Assembly (NCBI RefSeq): GCF_009914755.1
Contig: NC_060929.1
From: the human T2T-CHM13v2.0 reference genome, Homo sapiens
Strand: one strand, 5' to 3'
Length of the DNA stretch: 64,000 bases
The notes below the pieces were generated by a model. That model searched no databases. It was not told the origin of the DNA and worked only from the letters and a program-made list of their open reading frames with translations. The translations under genes and the position numbers were made by a program. Shown here in pieces: positions 25,646 to 38,234 of the stretch (its first letter is position 1; every line of letters starts with the position of its first letter).

Positions 25646-27594
25646 AATATCTCCGCTTCTTCACAGCCCTCTCACCACCTTAAGCCTTATTATCACAATC
25701 TCTTACTTGATCTATGACAGTACTCTGTAAATGATACACACTTTTCACACCTTTCCTGTTGTAACCCATTCTCAATTTTCTCAGGAGATACTTTAAAAAT
25801 ATTATTTAAATCATGTAATTCTATTGTTTAAAACCTTCAATGGCTTTAATGGCTTCTACTGCTTTTGCGATAAAGAGAAAAATCCTTCACGTTACCCATA
25901 GGTTTTGACTATAGCTACTGGGTTTCTGTCCAGGCAAAAGTCATTATTTCCCTCTTTGTTCCTACTTCAGGTATATGGATCTTCTTTGAGATCTCCAAAA
26001 TTTTCATGTTGTCTTCTGACTTAACGAATTTACACACGTTGTTTTCTATAGAACAAATAATTCTGCCTGTTTTAATTCTCCATTCATACCTAATTCCAAC
26101 TCATCCTTAACATATTGATTCTAAGGTCATGATTCAGGAAAACCTTCTGTAACTTTTCAGACTCTATCAGAGTCCAGTATTTTTGCTTTTAAAATATATT
26201 GCTATATTATAATACTGTTTATAGCATTAATTATATGTTTTCATATATACATATATATGCTTAATTTACTGTTAGCTTTGCCTCATAATATTCAAATGTA
26301 AGAAATGTAAAATTATTTTTCTAGAGCAAAAAATACAATGCTTCTATTTCCTACTGAGGCTTTTAGAGAATACCTCCAAGAAAGTACAAAGTTTGGATGA
26401 GATACTGAATTTCCAGATGCGCTCAAAGGCATCACTCACTGACAGCCACTTCTGACCAGAGACTGGGACAGAAATGAATACCTTTCCTGGTGTGCCCAAG
26501 GCCTTGGTATTAAGTAACTATCTATCTTCCACCTGTCTCTACAGTTATCCACCATGGAATGAGCAGTGCTAGACACAGATGCATTGGTCCTTACATATGG
26601 GAAAATGTGAAACTCACTTACCTTTTCTGGTCATAGGAAAGAAATTAATCATCCGTCTTGCCAGTTAAGTGTCATTATCTCATCTCCCAGAGCCAGACTT
26701 GCTTACTTCTCTCCCTGAGCCATTTTAGAACAGAGTTTGGCAGTGAAGTATGTGTGTTTGGAGATGGGGGGAAAGGGGAGACATTTGTTGACTTCTGGGA
26801 ATCTTATGTCTTGTGATTTCAACTGTGCAAAATAAAATCTATTGTTTCTCTTCATCAAGGAACCCAGAAAAATAATATCAGGATTGTGTTTGTATCTTAG
26901 AGCACAGTAGTAAAAGTATTTCTTATTTAAAAATAAAATCCTTTGGGAATGTGTTTTTTATATCACTTGTTTTTGATTCACAATATACAAACGCTCATGG
27001 AAAAAAAAAGCAATACAAAGGGTCAAACCAGTAAAAATACACTCTTTTCCCTCATAGACTTAGTTTTTCTCCCCAAATGCAGCCTCAATACTAATTGTTT
27101 GTGTAGCTTTCAAAGACACAAGAATTCCCATTATCAGGATAGACATTTTTTTAATACAGTGACCTTTACAGAGAACTTTTCATATTAGGATCACATTCTT
27201 TATTATCTTGTCATTCTGTCCAGTCAAGCATTATCATTGTCATTTCCCCTCATTCCTGTTGCTACCATTTTCTGAGCCTTTTGAGAATGCTGCAATATAA
27301 AACATTTATCAGTTTCTCAACTATCCTCATTTCCTGCGTAGAATTCAGCATTCTTTGTTCTGTTAATTCTGTTACCACTTGACCATCTGTTTTCCAGCTC
27401 CCAATATTTCATTGATTTGTTACATGTTCCTCTGTCCTGCTTGCCTCCTTAATTTTATGCTTCTCTTTCTTTTTAATTATGTTTTCCTTAGTCGTTTTAG
27501 TGAAATTTTAGAGGGAGTGAAATTATATGCACATATTAAACTCACAGCTTGAACCTGGAATCTCTTCTTTCTTTTAATCTCATGAAGAAGGAGA

Positions 27595-27812
27595 ATCAGT
27601 AATTTCCCTATAAATGAACAGACAGTAAATAATTTAGCCTTTGCCAGACAATGAGACTCTGTCACAACTCCTCATGTCTGCCTTTGGGCTTTGAAAGCAG
27701 CCATAGACAATGCATCAATGAATGAGCACAGTTGTGTTCCAACAAAACTTTATTTACAAAAGCAAGTGTTGTGCTAGATTTGATCAGCAAGCCATAAAGA
27801 TTTCCCTGTACT
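27595..27812. mobile_element. MER58A (hAT-Charlie)
   Basis: gaaagcagccatagacaat...gtgttccaacaaaactttatttacaaaa. Confidence 0.85.
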
Positions 27813-27913
27813 GTAGCTTTAAGAACTAATCATTAATTATCTCAACAAATATTTTCCCCCACATCTTTCTTCCTTAATAGACATTAAACTCTATGAAAAC
27901 AGGGACTCTAATT

Positions 27914-28012
27914 TCTCTGTCTCTCTTTCCCTCTCTCTCTTCATACACACATGCTCTCTCTCTCCCTCTCTCTCTCTCTCTCTCACACACACACAAACAC
28001 ACACAGAGACAC
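27914..28012. repeat. (CT)n(CA)n compound microsatellite
   Basis: Seen directly. Confidence 0.9.
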
Positions 28013-29947
28013 AAGGTTAGTATTTGGAAACATCAGAATGCATACTATGTAATCTTCATATGTTATTATTTCCATCCAGCTCTTATGTGGATGTTATTCC
28101 TTTGCCCATTTTGAAAACCAATTTAATTTAGTAATTGAATCTTTGCTGAACAGATGAGAAACTTTAGGAAGCAAGAGGATGAGTAACCACTTTCTAAATT
28201 GAGAACCTCTTTCCCCCTGTGGCAGTATGTATTTTCCTATCTCTATGAGGTTGGTACATAAAGATACACTAGGAAGAATGAGAGCTGAAATTTCTTATCT
28301 GAGCAGACCTTTTGCAAGATAGCATTGCACTATCTAGGGCTGATGTAAGTTTACAGCTAACCCATTCTCTTGTGAGTGCTTTCATAGTGTTATTTAGAGG
28401 ATGTCCCACTGAGACCTTCTGACAACCCCAGGAATGAAAGGCAATTGCTCCTGGCTTATGCCATATTGTTGGTGAGCACAGAGCCTCTAACTGATGAGTC
28501 TTTATAGGAAAGTGGTTTTCTGCGTCACTATATGACATCTCAGCATTGCTGTTTAAGTGATAAATCTTTGTCTGAAACCTCATTTTGGCCTTTATTTTTC
28601 TACTTGTAGTGTTAGTTGAAATTTTAACTTAATTACCATTGCATGTGCATACCTATGCATACCCTCCCCAGTATATATCCACACTCACCCTTGCAGCAAA
28701 AGCCAAGCTAACAAAACACCTGATTTACAGTCAAACTTTTGTTTTATCCTAGTGTCCTAATATTTTTCAGATGTTTTCAGTTTTTGAATAATCTTTTTAT
28801 TTTGTTCTGGGCTTAAATAATTTGCTCTGGTTTGTACTCTACCTTTCACATAATGTATTGCATGTAAACATTCTCTCCTTCCCTTCACTCAAGCAGGCTC
28901 CAGAGTCCAAGAATTTTCAGTGGCAGAATAGGGAGTGGTTCAGTCTTACATATTTTATCTCTTTTTCTAATATCTGGTTCTTCCGAGGTCAGATTTGACT
29001 AAGGGGAAGTAAAAACCATAGTAGCATGACTGTACTCAGCTGGCGCTATTTGCAACTCTCGTTTGGCTATGAGCATGCACTGTAATGACAGGTACCCACA
29101 TGCTACATGTATTACTATTTTCAGGAGTTTTAGAGTCTCACCATTCCCACAACTCATCCCATATGCTTTTTTTTTTTTTTTTTTTGCAAGGACTTTTGGT
29201 CTCTTTATCCCATCAGTTCTCTTCCAGGGTCTCCCCATCTTGTTAGGTGGATGTCTTCACCCAGCTATGTCAAAGCTTGTCTTCTCAGCCCAAGAGACAA
29301 CTCAGGTATCACTGCCAAGCTACAGTCTGTAAATGCTGGCTGCTCCTACTACCACCGCTCTCTCCTGTTCCTACTATTATGGGCTGTTTCAGATGGCATC
29401 CAACACTCAGGTTTCTCTTGACACAAAGCACCCACTTCTATCTCGGCAGTCCGACCCCAGAAAACTCCTGGAACAAATATCATATCATGCTTTCCCCCAA
29501 ATTATTTTGACTCCTGGTGGGAGCATTTGGTGAGCTTATGATAATCTCCAGCTCAGCAAGTGTCAACCAGGAAAGAAGCCAGATGTCCCCATATGTGTAA
29601 GTAACATCCTTGACACCTGCTTTCAGGGTCCATAGAGCAGAAGAAGGACCTCAACAACAGAAGCATAAAGCCATGGGTCTGTCTACTCCCCTGAACTCTC
29701 CTCCAAGGTCATGGTGTGTCTACTAAGAAATCTTCTAGAAGCGCAAAATGGGATTGACTGGTACAATTTTGTCATCTTTAAATAAACACAGTGGCAGTGT
29801 CTGTCACCTCTCTTTAGAATGAACAGAGTACGTTCACTCATTGTCTTCAACTTTTAGAGGTATGAAAGAAACTGTGAACTGACAGGGAAAGACACATTTT
29901 GTCACTTATTACATACATTTCCACACTGCCTTTTGTTTTTTGATGAT

Positions 29948-30108
29948 TTTATATAATAACTATACAATATATATAATATAATAAATGTGTATTTATATAT
30001 TGTACATATAAATATATTATATAATATATACATATATACATATGTATATAAAAATACATATACCTATATATACATATATATAATATATATATATAAAATC
30101 TATAATAC
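29948..30108. repeat. (TA)n-rich low-complexity tract
   Basis: About 160 bp of degenerate TA/TACA repeats. Confidence 0.9.
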
Positions 30109-30219
30109 AGCTGTAGCCATATTTGTCGCATTTCATCTTCAAGGGATTTAGTCTTTTTCTCATTCCTGTACATCGAATCTCAATGATATTTAATTCAGTT
30201 TAAAAAATGAAAGATTATT

Positions 30220-30530
30220 GACTCGGCACAGTGGCTCATGTCTGTAATCCCTGCACTTTGGGAGGCCGAGCCAGGAGGTTCACTTGAGGCCAGGAGTTTG
30301 AGACAAGCCTGGCCAAATCAGTGAAACTCTGTCTCTACTAAAAAAAATATAAAAATGAGCCAGGCCTGGTGGTGGGTGGCCTGTATTCCCAGATACTTGG
30401 GAGACTGAGGCAGGAGAAGCGCATGAACCTGGGAAGCAGAGGCTGAAGGGAGCCGAGATTGTGCCACTGCACTCCAGCTTGGGTGACAAAGCAAGACCCC
30501 GTCTCAAAAAAGAAAAAAAGAGAGAGAGAG
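30220..30530 (+). mobile_element. Alu (old AluS/J)
   Basis: Full dimer flanked by agattatt on both sides. Confidence 0.9.
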
Positions 30531-30785
30531 ATTATTTCACATTATTTCTAATATAATTTTAACCTTTTAAAATTATTTCATATTGTAAGTTGAATAATTA
30601 TTTACTAATTGCAGTAAATATCAACATTAACTTAATTCAATTGTTAAAATCATATTTTTGAGTTCTATTTTTGGAGTCATAAGCAAAATGCTTGATAAGT
30701 GTAGTCATATTTAATTTTACAACCAGGGCACGAAACCAGAACATCCAGTGAAACCCAAGAATCCAATTATATTAATTTTGCATAC

Positions 30786-31133
30786 TGACATGATTTGGCT
30801 CTGTGGTCCCACCTCAACCTCATCTTGAATTTTAATATCCACATGTAAAGGGAGGGACCTAGTGGGAAGTGACTGGATCATGGGGGCAGTTTCCCTCATG
30901 CTGTTCTCGTGATAGTGAGTGAGTTCTCATGAGATATGATAGTTTTATAAGGGTCTCTGTCCTTCACATTCTCCATTTCGTGTGCTCCCATGTGCTTCTT
31001 TCCTTTCTGCCATGATTATAAGTTTCCTGAGGCCTCCCCAACCATGCAGAACTGTGAGTCAATTAAACCTCTTTCATTTATAAAATTATCAGTCTTGGGT
31101 TTCTTTATAGCAGTCTGAAAATGAACTAATACA
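30786..31133 (+). mobile_element. THE1 (THE1C/D-like) solo LTR
   Basis: tgacatgatttggctctgtg...tgtgagtcaattaaacctc...aactaataca. 5-bp TSD catac/catat. Confidence 0.9.
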
Positions 31134-31540
31134 CATATGAACAACTAATAAGATGGAAAGTAAATTTTTGGGATTCAAACTTTTCTCCTTAAAATGCAGT
31201 TGATATAGGGAACTTATCTTCTAGGCTTTAATACTGTAGAGAATAATTGCAAGATCATTGAAGGATAACTCTGAGGCCAACTTGATTTTTGCCTCTTTAG
31301 GTATGCATTTATTTAATTATAATCTTGGATTCTTGTGAGATTTTCTTCAAATGAAAATTTTATCTACATGTGTAGATCTGAATGTGTTTTCACAATTTTT
31401 CAGAAATATAATGAGTCTTTAACAAAAAATAAATATAAAATAATAGAGGAAAATAACATAAAAATTCTAACATTGCAAATAAACCAAAAATGATAGTCTG
31501 CCTTGTACTATTTTGCAACTATTCCAACATTCTTGTCTAT

Positions 31541-31773
31541 AATAGGCTTTCTAAACCTTGGCATCACTGAGATTTTGAACTGGTTGGTCATTTTTGTGCA
31601 GAGCACACTTGTGTGTTGTAAGATTTTTTTTTGCAGGATCCGCTGCCACCTAACCAATAGGTGCCATTAAGATCAATCCTTTCCTTCAAGACATGATAAT
31701 AAAAAATGTCCCTAAACATTGCCACTGTCCCTTGACGGCAAAATTTTCTCCCCCAGTTGACAATCTTTGCTCT
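31541..31773. mobile_element. MER20 (hAT-Charlie)
   Basis: ttctaaaccttggcatcactgagattttg...aaaaatgtccctaaacattgccactgtccc. Confidence 0.8.
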
Positions 31774-32439
31774 GAGCATAAAGATTTTATGTGCTTCGTG
31801 CTTCATTTTTTTAAGATGATAAAATGATTTTTTTAAATAACAAGAACATATACTTTTACCTCAATTTAGATACATCTTCTCCTACTTTCCATTACATCTT
31901 ATTTTTATTGTGTTATTATTTTTAATAATAGTCTTACATTTATAGCTTCTATAATATAGGTGCCTTCCTTGATTCATTTCATGTAGTACCCATAACTCCT
32001 ACATCCTCTTCACCTCTCCTCCATTTTACCTCCACAATTCTAAGATGTTCTATTATTTTTGTTTTTAACAGCATTCAGTGGTTTTAGTCGAGAGAATTAT
32101 TTAAAAAATAAATTTCAAATGTCTTACAAATCACCATTCATATAACTGCTGTTGACATAAAGAAATGGCTATACATGATTCGAAATTCAAACAGTACAGA
32201 AAGGTACATAAAACAAAGTAAAAACCTTCATTTATACAATAGTTCAGTGTCTTTTCACAACAGAATCTGGTCACCTTGGATAGGAATTTGATATTGCAGA
32301 AACAAACAGATAATCGTGTACACATACAGAGTAAAATGCAATTGAATTTCTGTTGCTTGAAACAGAAATACCAATATTGAGGAGAAATGAATTATCTTTT
32401 TCATACTCCCTCAAGTGCTTAAATCCTAGTATATTACTG

Positions 32440-33640
32440 TTTGTTTCATTTTTTGTCTGAGACATCCATGACTACCTCTGTGAGGTCAACAGCAGCCTAC
32501 TTGGCAGCTGGTGCAGGCATAGAGCGGAGGGATTTATAAATAGGTTAGATCATTTCCTTATCACTCAGTCTGCATAGGGAACACCATGAGAAGGTAAAAG
32601 TATGAGTTTGTGGCAGGACTTGGTATGGTTGTAAGTCGAAGATATCAGATAATTTTCTGTAGGTTGTTCATTTTTGAGTTGCTTCAGGGTATGTCGATAT
32701 TGATAAAAGGTCTGAAGTTACAGACTCCATCAGTATCCTCCAAGCCAAAACAGCAATCATTTCCTTAAAAGAGGACAACTATGTCCTGAAATTTTGAGTT
32801 TCTATTGTGATTCTTCTATTTGAGTGTGGCGACAGGATCCACAAAGCATCCTGAGAATCCACCAACCTCTTCAAGAAGTTTTGGATTTCCAGGGACCCCA
32901 CAGTAGAATCACAGAGATAACTACTCTATACTTGACCAGCTGATAGCCATAACATGTTCTGGTCTTCACTCAAATCTGTGTCATTTGCTTTGCTTTCATT
33001 GCTAAGGCAATAATGCACGAAGTTGACTCAAAAGAGCATATCAAGTCTTATTCCGGTATTTTATTGGTGGGGTAACAAAGTAAATCAACTTGTCCTTTAT
33101 TAAGACGAGAATAACTTGGTAGTGGCTTCACACTTACATAGCACCTTGCATCCCAAAATTTCATGGAGATAGTGGAGTCTGCTCTATTCATGGAACTGAG
33201 CTCTTGTTCTCTGGTGTATATGTGGAGTAACACTGTGTTTAGATTACTCGTTACTTTTCCCAGTAAAAACCGGCATGGTCCCTTCATAAAGGTGGCATTC
33301 TGTAAAACAGTAAGATATTTAGATCCCTAATCACTAAACTGAAATTTAGAAATAGAAGGCTGACTTATTCCAGAGGTAGAATTTGTCACAATATTAATCC
33401 TTCTGCTACCCTCAAAACCTCTGTATTTTTTAAAAATTCTACCAAGACCAGAAATCCTATATAAAGTGAGCATAAATTGAGTTCTCCAGAGCACTTCATC
33501 CAAGAAAGACCAATCAATAAAGAGCATTTCAAAATGCTGAGGCTTTTGTCACAAATCTACAGGTAAAATATTTGTTGAAAGATACTTCAGAGTACTTTAA
33601 AGAGATATTATTTGAGGGTGAATATACAGTATAACATAAT
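32440..33640 (-). pseudogene. Candidate endogenous bornavirus-like nucleoprotein element (EBLN), degraded
   Basis: Minus-strand translation has colinear blocks matching BDV N (recalled): DL*QK/[86 protein letters not shown] (ungapped), ISMKF/[37 protein letters not shown] and EIQNFL/EIRDFL. Length is close to that of an N gene. Confidence 0.75.
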
Positions 33641-36109
33641 GAATTCCTTACTTTCCTAATTCATTAGATTATTTTGCCTGCATTTTGTCAGAGATTATCT
33701 GGCACCTCAACTTATTTTAAGTAGGGTCAATAATTAGTCCCAGTTTTCATGAAACAGCTAAACTAAATGTGAACATAATATTCAGTTTTCAAGTAAGCAT
33801 TCCAAATGTAGACATGCTCGTATATGAAACTATGTTAACACATTAACACCACTTTAAAATATATTTCTCTGGATTTTTGGTGGTGGTGGTTGGTATTGCT
33901 CACATATTCTCAGATTCCCTACATTTGTGTGACTATATTGAGGCTTTTTTGGTGTGAATGTCTTCTGCTTGTGAATTTTTTTTCTAGACTGCGTTTTACA
34001 ATGAAGGCATGCTAGAATTTTATTGTAGCTCTTGACATGGTATCAGTGAGAGATGGGACACAAAGAGAATATTCGTTTCTTGTTTTGAGAAATTACCTTT
34101 ATGAGAGACTACCCATTCAAACAAGAAAAGAACAGTGTAGTAAGGCTAAAAACACTGCTTCCCTTGGAGAAGTAGTTAAATTGGTGAAGAAACAGATATT
34201 CAAGAAACAATAGCAGTATTTATTTAAAGCACAGAATCAGAAAACCATGAGGCTGTTTAACTTGGTTGGGAAGATTACATGAATATGAGCAGACAGATAT
34301 TAAACTGAAAATATGGATTTAGACTTGGTATTAGAGGATTTGAATAACTTTTGTTATTTTGGTTAGCAGACAAAGATTTTGAACAGAACTGTGCCTAGAA
34401 TTATTATTTTAGGAAATTAATTTGACAAGAATACGTAGGATGAATTAGAAAAGTAAGAAAATGGAGACCGGGGCACAAATTAAGTAACTAAACAATATCC
34501 CTGGTGAGAAGCAATGAGGATACTACTGAAATAGTTGCAGAAGGAATGGAGAATAGAAGGTTAACACTAATCTCCGGTCTCTTGACTATTTATAGACAGG
34601 TGCAGTTATTAAGTATCTGCCCTTTAAATTCTGGGAGTAATACTTTATATTCATCCACTTAATATAGAATTAACCATAATGCTTTATTAAACTTAACATG
34701 GGATTAATAATTAAATATGTAGCTAAGATACTCATCTCGGTCAAGATAGGGCAAAGGAATAGGCAGAGTGGGTGAGGGGAAGCTTAGTAAGAGCTTCGCA
34801 AATGTGTGAGGACACTGGAATCATAAGGGGGATTTTTAAGAAGGAATAGTGAAGAGATCTGAATGTCACTGGAGAAAATGCAGACTTAGCAATTCTGAAG
34901 AGATTCTGTGACATATTCATATTTGCAAAAGATCTCCATGTGAGGCTGATGCACAGTCAAAGCTTCACCAATCTACAGCTAGATAGGCTAATGAGGAAGA
35001 CTCACAAAGAAACGTACACCTAGAGCAGACTTCTGTGGCACTCTGCTTTTCCATGGATGATCTGTCTCCACAGGTTTATTCTGTTCTTATATGAGATTCT
35101 GTTCTGTAATGTACACTCTGTTGCTCCTGACTCTGGCTAGAGCTTGAAAATCTGAACTTCATGTTTTTGTGTACATCTTGATAACCAGTCATATATTTCT
35201 GAACTGATGGACATTAACTTCATGGTAAAATGTCAATTTTACCCAAGATTCTTCTTTCTATCATCAGGAAATTCAGATTTAGTAAACTCGTATGGCCTTC
35301 TGTAAAGAAATTTCGATAAGATCGACACTGATGACTACCTCAATTGTGGTTAAATCAGGAAAGATGTGAGTCTCTTTAGAGTTTCACAAGCTAAATTAAA
35401 TTTTTATGACAATGATTTTTTGCAAAAGTCCATTTACATATTTTTGTGTCCTTAGTGTAAAAGTATAGGTGTATCTCCTCTCTTTCCCTTCCTCTCTCTC
35501 TCTTCACCCGCTCACATCCTCTCCTTCGACACACACACACTTGCAGACCTTCTAAAGTTTATTTTATACACTGAAATAATTAATTCACCTCACATTGTCT
35601 AGCAATATCTTTCCAGAGAATGGTTTATATGTTTGGACTCACCATTAATCTCATCAGGTCAACTGATAGCAGAACTATTTTACTGGAAGAATTGCCAAAA
35701 GGTAAAATTTACCTTTTGTCTTCATTGAGATAAATTAAATTAATTCTCTACCTCACTTTTTTTTTTTCGGCTTGATCTTGGAAAAACTATTATTTTCTCT
35801 AATGCAAGAATTGCTAACCAGTGTTTGTGGACTGACTCTGTCAAGGAGATGTGTTTTTATTGGCTAGATAAATATTTAATAATGTTTAAGTTTGGAAGTT
35901 TTTAGATGCAGCATGAAATCTCCAATTTAACACAATTCCTATCACTTCATATTAGATTTCACTTGGATCTCCATGTACGTATGTTTCTTGACTTATCTTT
36001 AATGGAATTTGAGCTTGACAGACCTAATCTAAAACTAGGTTTACATATGAACTACAAAAAAGGCTAGTTATTTTAAATAAAAGTTATTATTATTTACATG
36101 CAGTGAAAT

Positions 36110-36570
36110 GAGTCAGTTTTATGTGCACAGTGTAATGGGTTTGACAGATGAATGCATCTATATATTTATCACCACAATTAAGATACAAAGCATTTATATC
36201 ACTGTGAAAAGTTTCCCTTATTGCCAATCTCTTCTTCACGGCCCTGGGCCCAAGTCAACAATCCTCTATTGTCTGTCTCTATAAATCAGTTATTCTGTTC
36301 TGGGATTTAATGTAAATGGTATCATAGAGTGAGTATTATTTTATTCCTAGTTTTTAAATAATCATCATTTTATAAGTTGCATCCACGTTGTTATGTTTAT
36401 CAATAATAGTTTATTCTCTAATGCTTAGTAATGTTGCATCATCTGTTTTTAATTATTTACAAGTTGATGAGTGCTTTGTTTCTAATTTTTTGTTATTATG
36501 AATAAAACTGCTGTGAACATTTCCATCAGGTCTTTATGTTGACAGTGTATTTATTTTTCTTGGAAGCCAC
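36110..36570 (-). mobile_element. L1ME 3' fragment
   Basis: tgtaaatggtatcatagag, catccacgttgttatg, ctgctgtgaacatt. Confidence 0.65.
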
Positions 36571-36644
36571 AAGAAGTAGTTTTTGTGTCTCTTTTATTTT
36601 CAAATGGTCCAAACTCTGTTATTTAAATTAATTTCACTCTTATA

Positions 36645-37700
36645 AGCATCTATTTAGCAACTATTAGGTACCAAGCACTCCAGTAGAATCTGTAAGTATA
36701 CAAAATACTAAGTCCAAATTATTGACATAGGGAAATAAATCCAGGAGAATAATCCAACTTTTAAAAAAATTACCAAATGGTACACTATTTCCAAAAGAAT
36801 ATTTAAAGACTGTTATGGGGGGAGGAAACTTTCACAAAGGAAATGTCAATGTAGCTTACAAAATAATGTGAGAGATTCCAGTTAGTGTTGATGCAATGAT
36901 GGAAAAAGTAGCACATTGTCTTTAGTGAACTGCAATAACATTGGTAGGCAAGGATATATACTCTAAGTGAAAAGCAGACAGGTATTAAGTTTAGACATGA
37001 AGCCAGACCTTTTGAATCTCATTTTGAAGCTGAGCTCTTAGAAAATATTTTATACATTAGAGTGAAAAGAAAATTAGAGTTTTGTTTCAAAGGGATTGTG
37101 CTGGTGGCAATAGAGCAGTGTGATCTGAAGGAAGTTGAAGTTAGGAGCCAAACTGTTGCAAGAATTGAGGCAGCAATGGGAAGTTTTGTTGACTGATTAC
37201 ATGTTCTAGAGAACAGACCAAGTCCTAAATTTCTGGTTGCATAACTGGTTACGTGGAGATGCTTTCAATGAATGTTTTAAAATATTAAATGATTGGTATA
37301 CAGAGGCAAAATTACTTATCTTCTTCCATTCTCATAAGCGTTGAGAATCCTGTGAAACTTTTGGGTGATTATGTCAAATAGGAATTTGGTTGTCCTGATC
37401 TGAACCTCAGGAGAGGGCTCTAGACTGCAGAGGCAGATTTCAGATTAAGAAGACTGCTAAACGTGTGGACGTGAATGAGCTAATCCAACCAGTGGGTGTA
37501 AAATGATGGTAAAAATGATAATGAGAGAACCATGGTGAAACTGACCAGAAAGGCAGAAAGGGTGAATTGCAGTTGCAGATAAGAGATGGAAAAACAAGCA
37601 GAGAGGAATATGGTGAGCCATGAGCACTGGTGTAGAAGCCAAGATAAAGAAAGATTCAAGAAGAGGGAGAAGTCAGAATATTGTTGAATGTTGTTGTGCT
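36645..37700 (-). mobile_element. L2 fragment
   Basis: catctatttagcaactattaggtaccaagcact start, followed by purine-rich L2 antisense motifs (ctcaggagagggctctagactg). Confidence 0.55.
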
Positions 37701-37735
37701 CGTGATTTTGTTTTTAAATACAATAATCAGGAAAT

Positions 37736-38234
37736 GATAACTTTCAGTACATGCTATTCCAAAATATAGCACCCTGGCACTTGAAAAAACAGCAGAAGAA
37801 ACAAGGTCTCTCTGCTCTTCTCCTGTCCTTCTCTCCTGAAGCAGGCCCTAAAACACTTATCCGACCTTCCTCTGAAGTAGGTTATAAAATCTTCATGTGA
37901 GAGAAGAACCTATAACCAGAGAAAAAGGAATATATCTCCGAGGATACTAAGAAGTATCTGAACAAACAGGTTTTGCTAAGTTCCCCTCATTTATTACCAT
38001 TAGATTGCAGCCCCTTCACCCAATCATACTTCTGCACAACTGCCCACACTTCATCAAACTTAGCATAAAAATATATAGGGTTTCCTGTTTCTTTCAGCCT
38101 TCATTTCTGAAGATGTAAAGCTTATGTTAAATAAATTTGTATGTCCCCTTTTGTCAATCTGTCATTTGTTATGGAAGTGTCAGCCATGAATCTTGTGAAA
38201 GGTAAGAAAAATCTATTACTTTTACTTACCTACA
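37736..38234 (+). mobile_element. ERV1 LTR (MER93/MER39/MER34 group)
   Basis: catgctattccaaaatatagcacc...atctgaacaaacagg...tcagccatgaatctt...ttacctaca. Confidence 0.7.

Larger units (their letters stand above)
24790..26250 (+). mobile_element. L2 fragments (containing a microsatellite and an Alu)
   Basis: 3' end tgctcaataaatgtt near 25070. Internal aaaaccttcaatggct and aggaaaaccttc motifs. Confidence 0.55.

Noticed and set aside
32820-32900. Alternative minus frame VPGNPKLLEEVGGFSGCF resembling a glycosyltransferase motif
   Set aside because: An isolated short match with no supporting flanks.
33120-33310. Resemblance to bornavirus glycoprotein (VLQ-PPFM, CEATTKLFS)
   Set aside because: It needs extra frameshifts and covers only short patches. 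The N alignment explains the same bases in a single frame over a much longer span.
32420-33690. Possible TSD for the EBLN (tcctagtatatta versus tcctaattcatta)
   Set aside because: Too degenerate in AT-rich DNA to be distinguished from chance.
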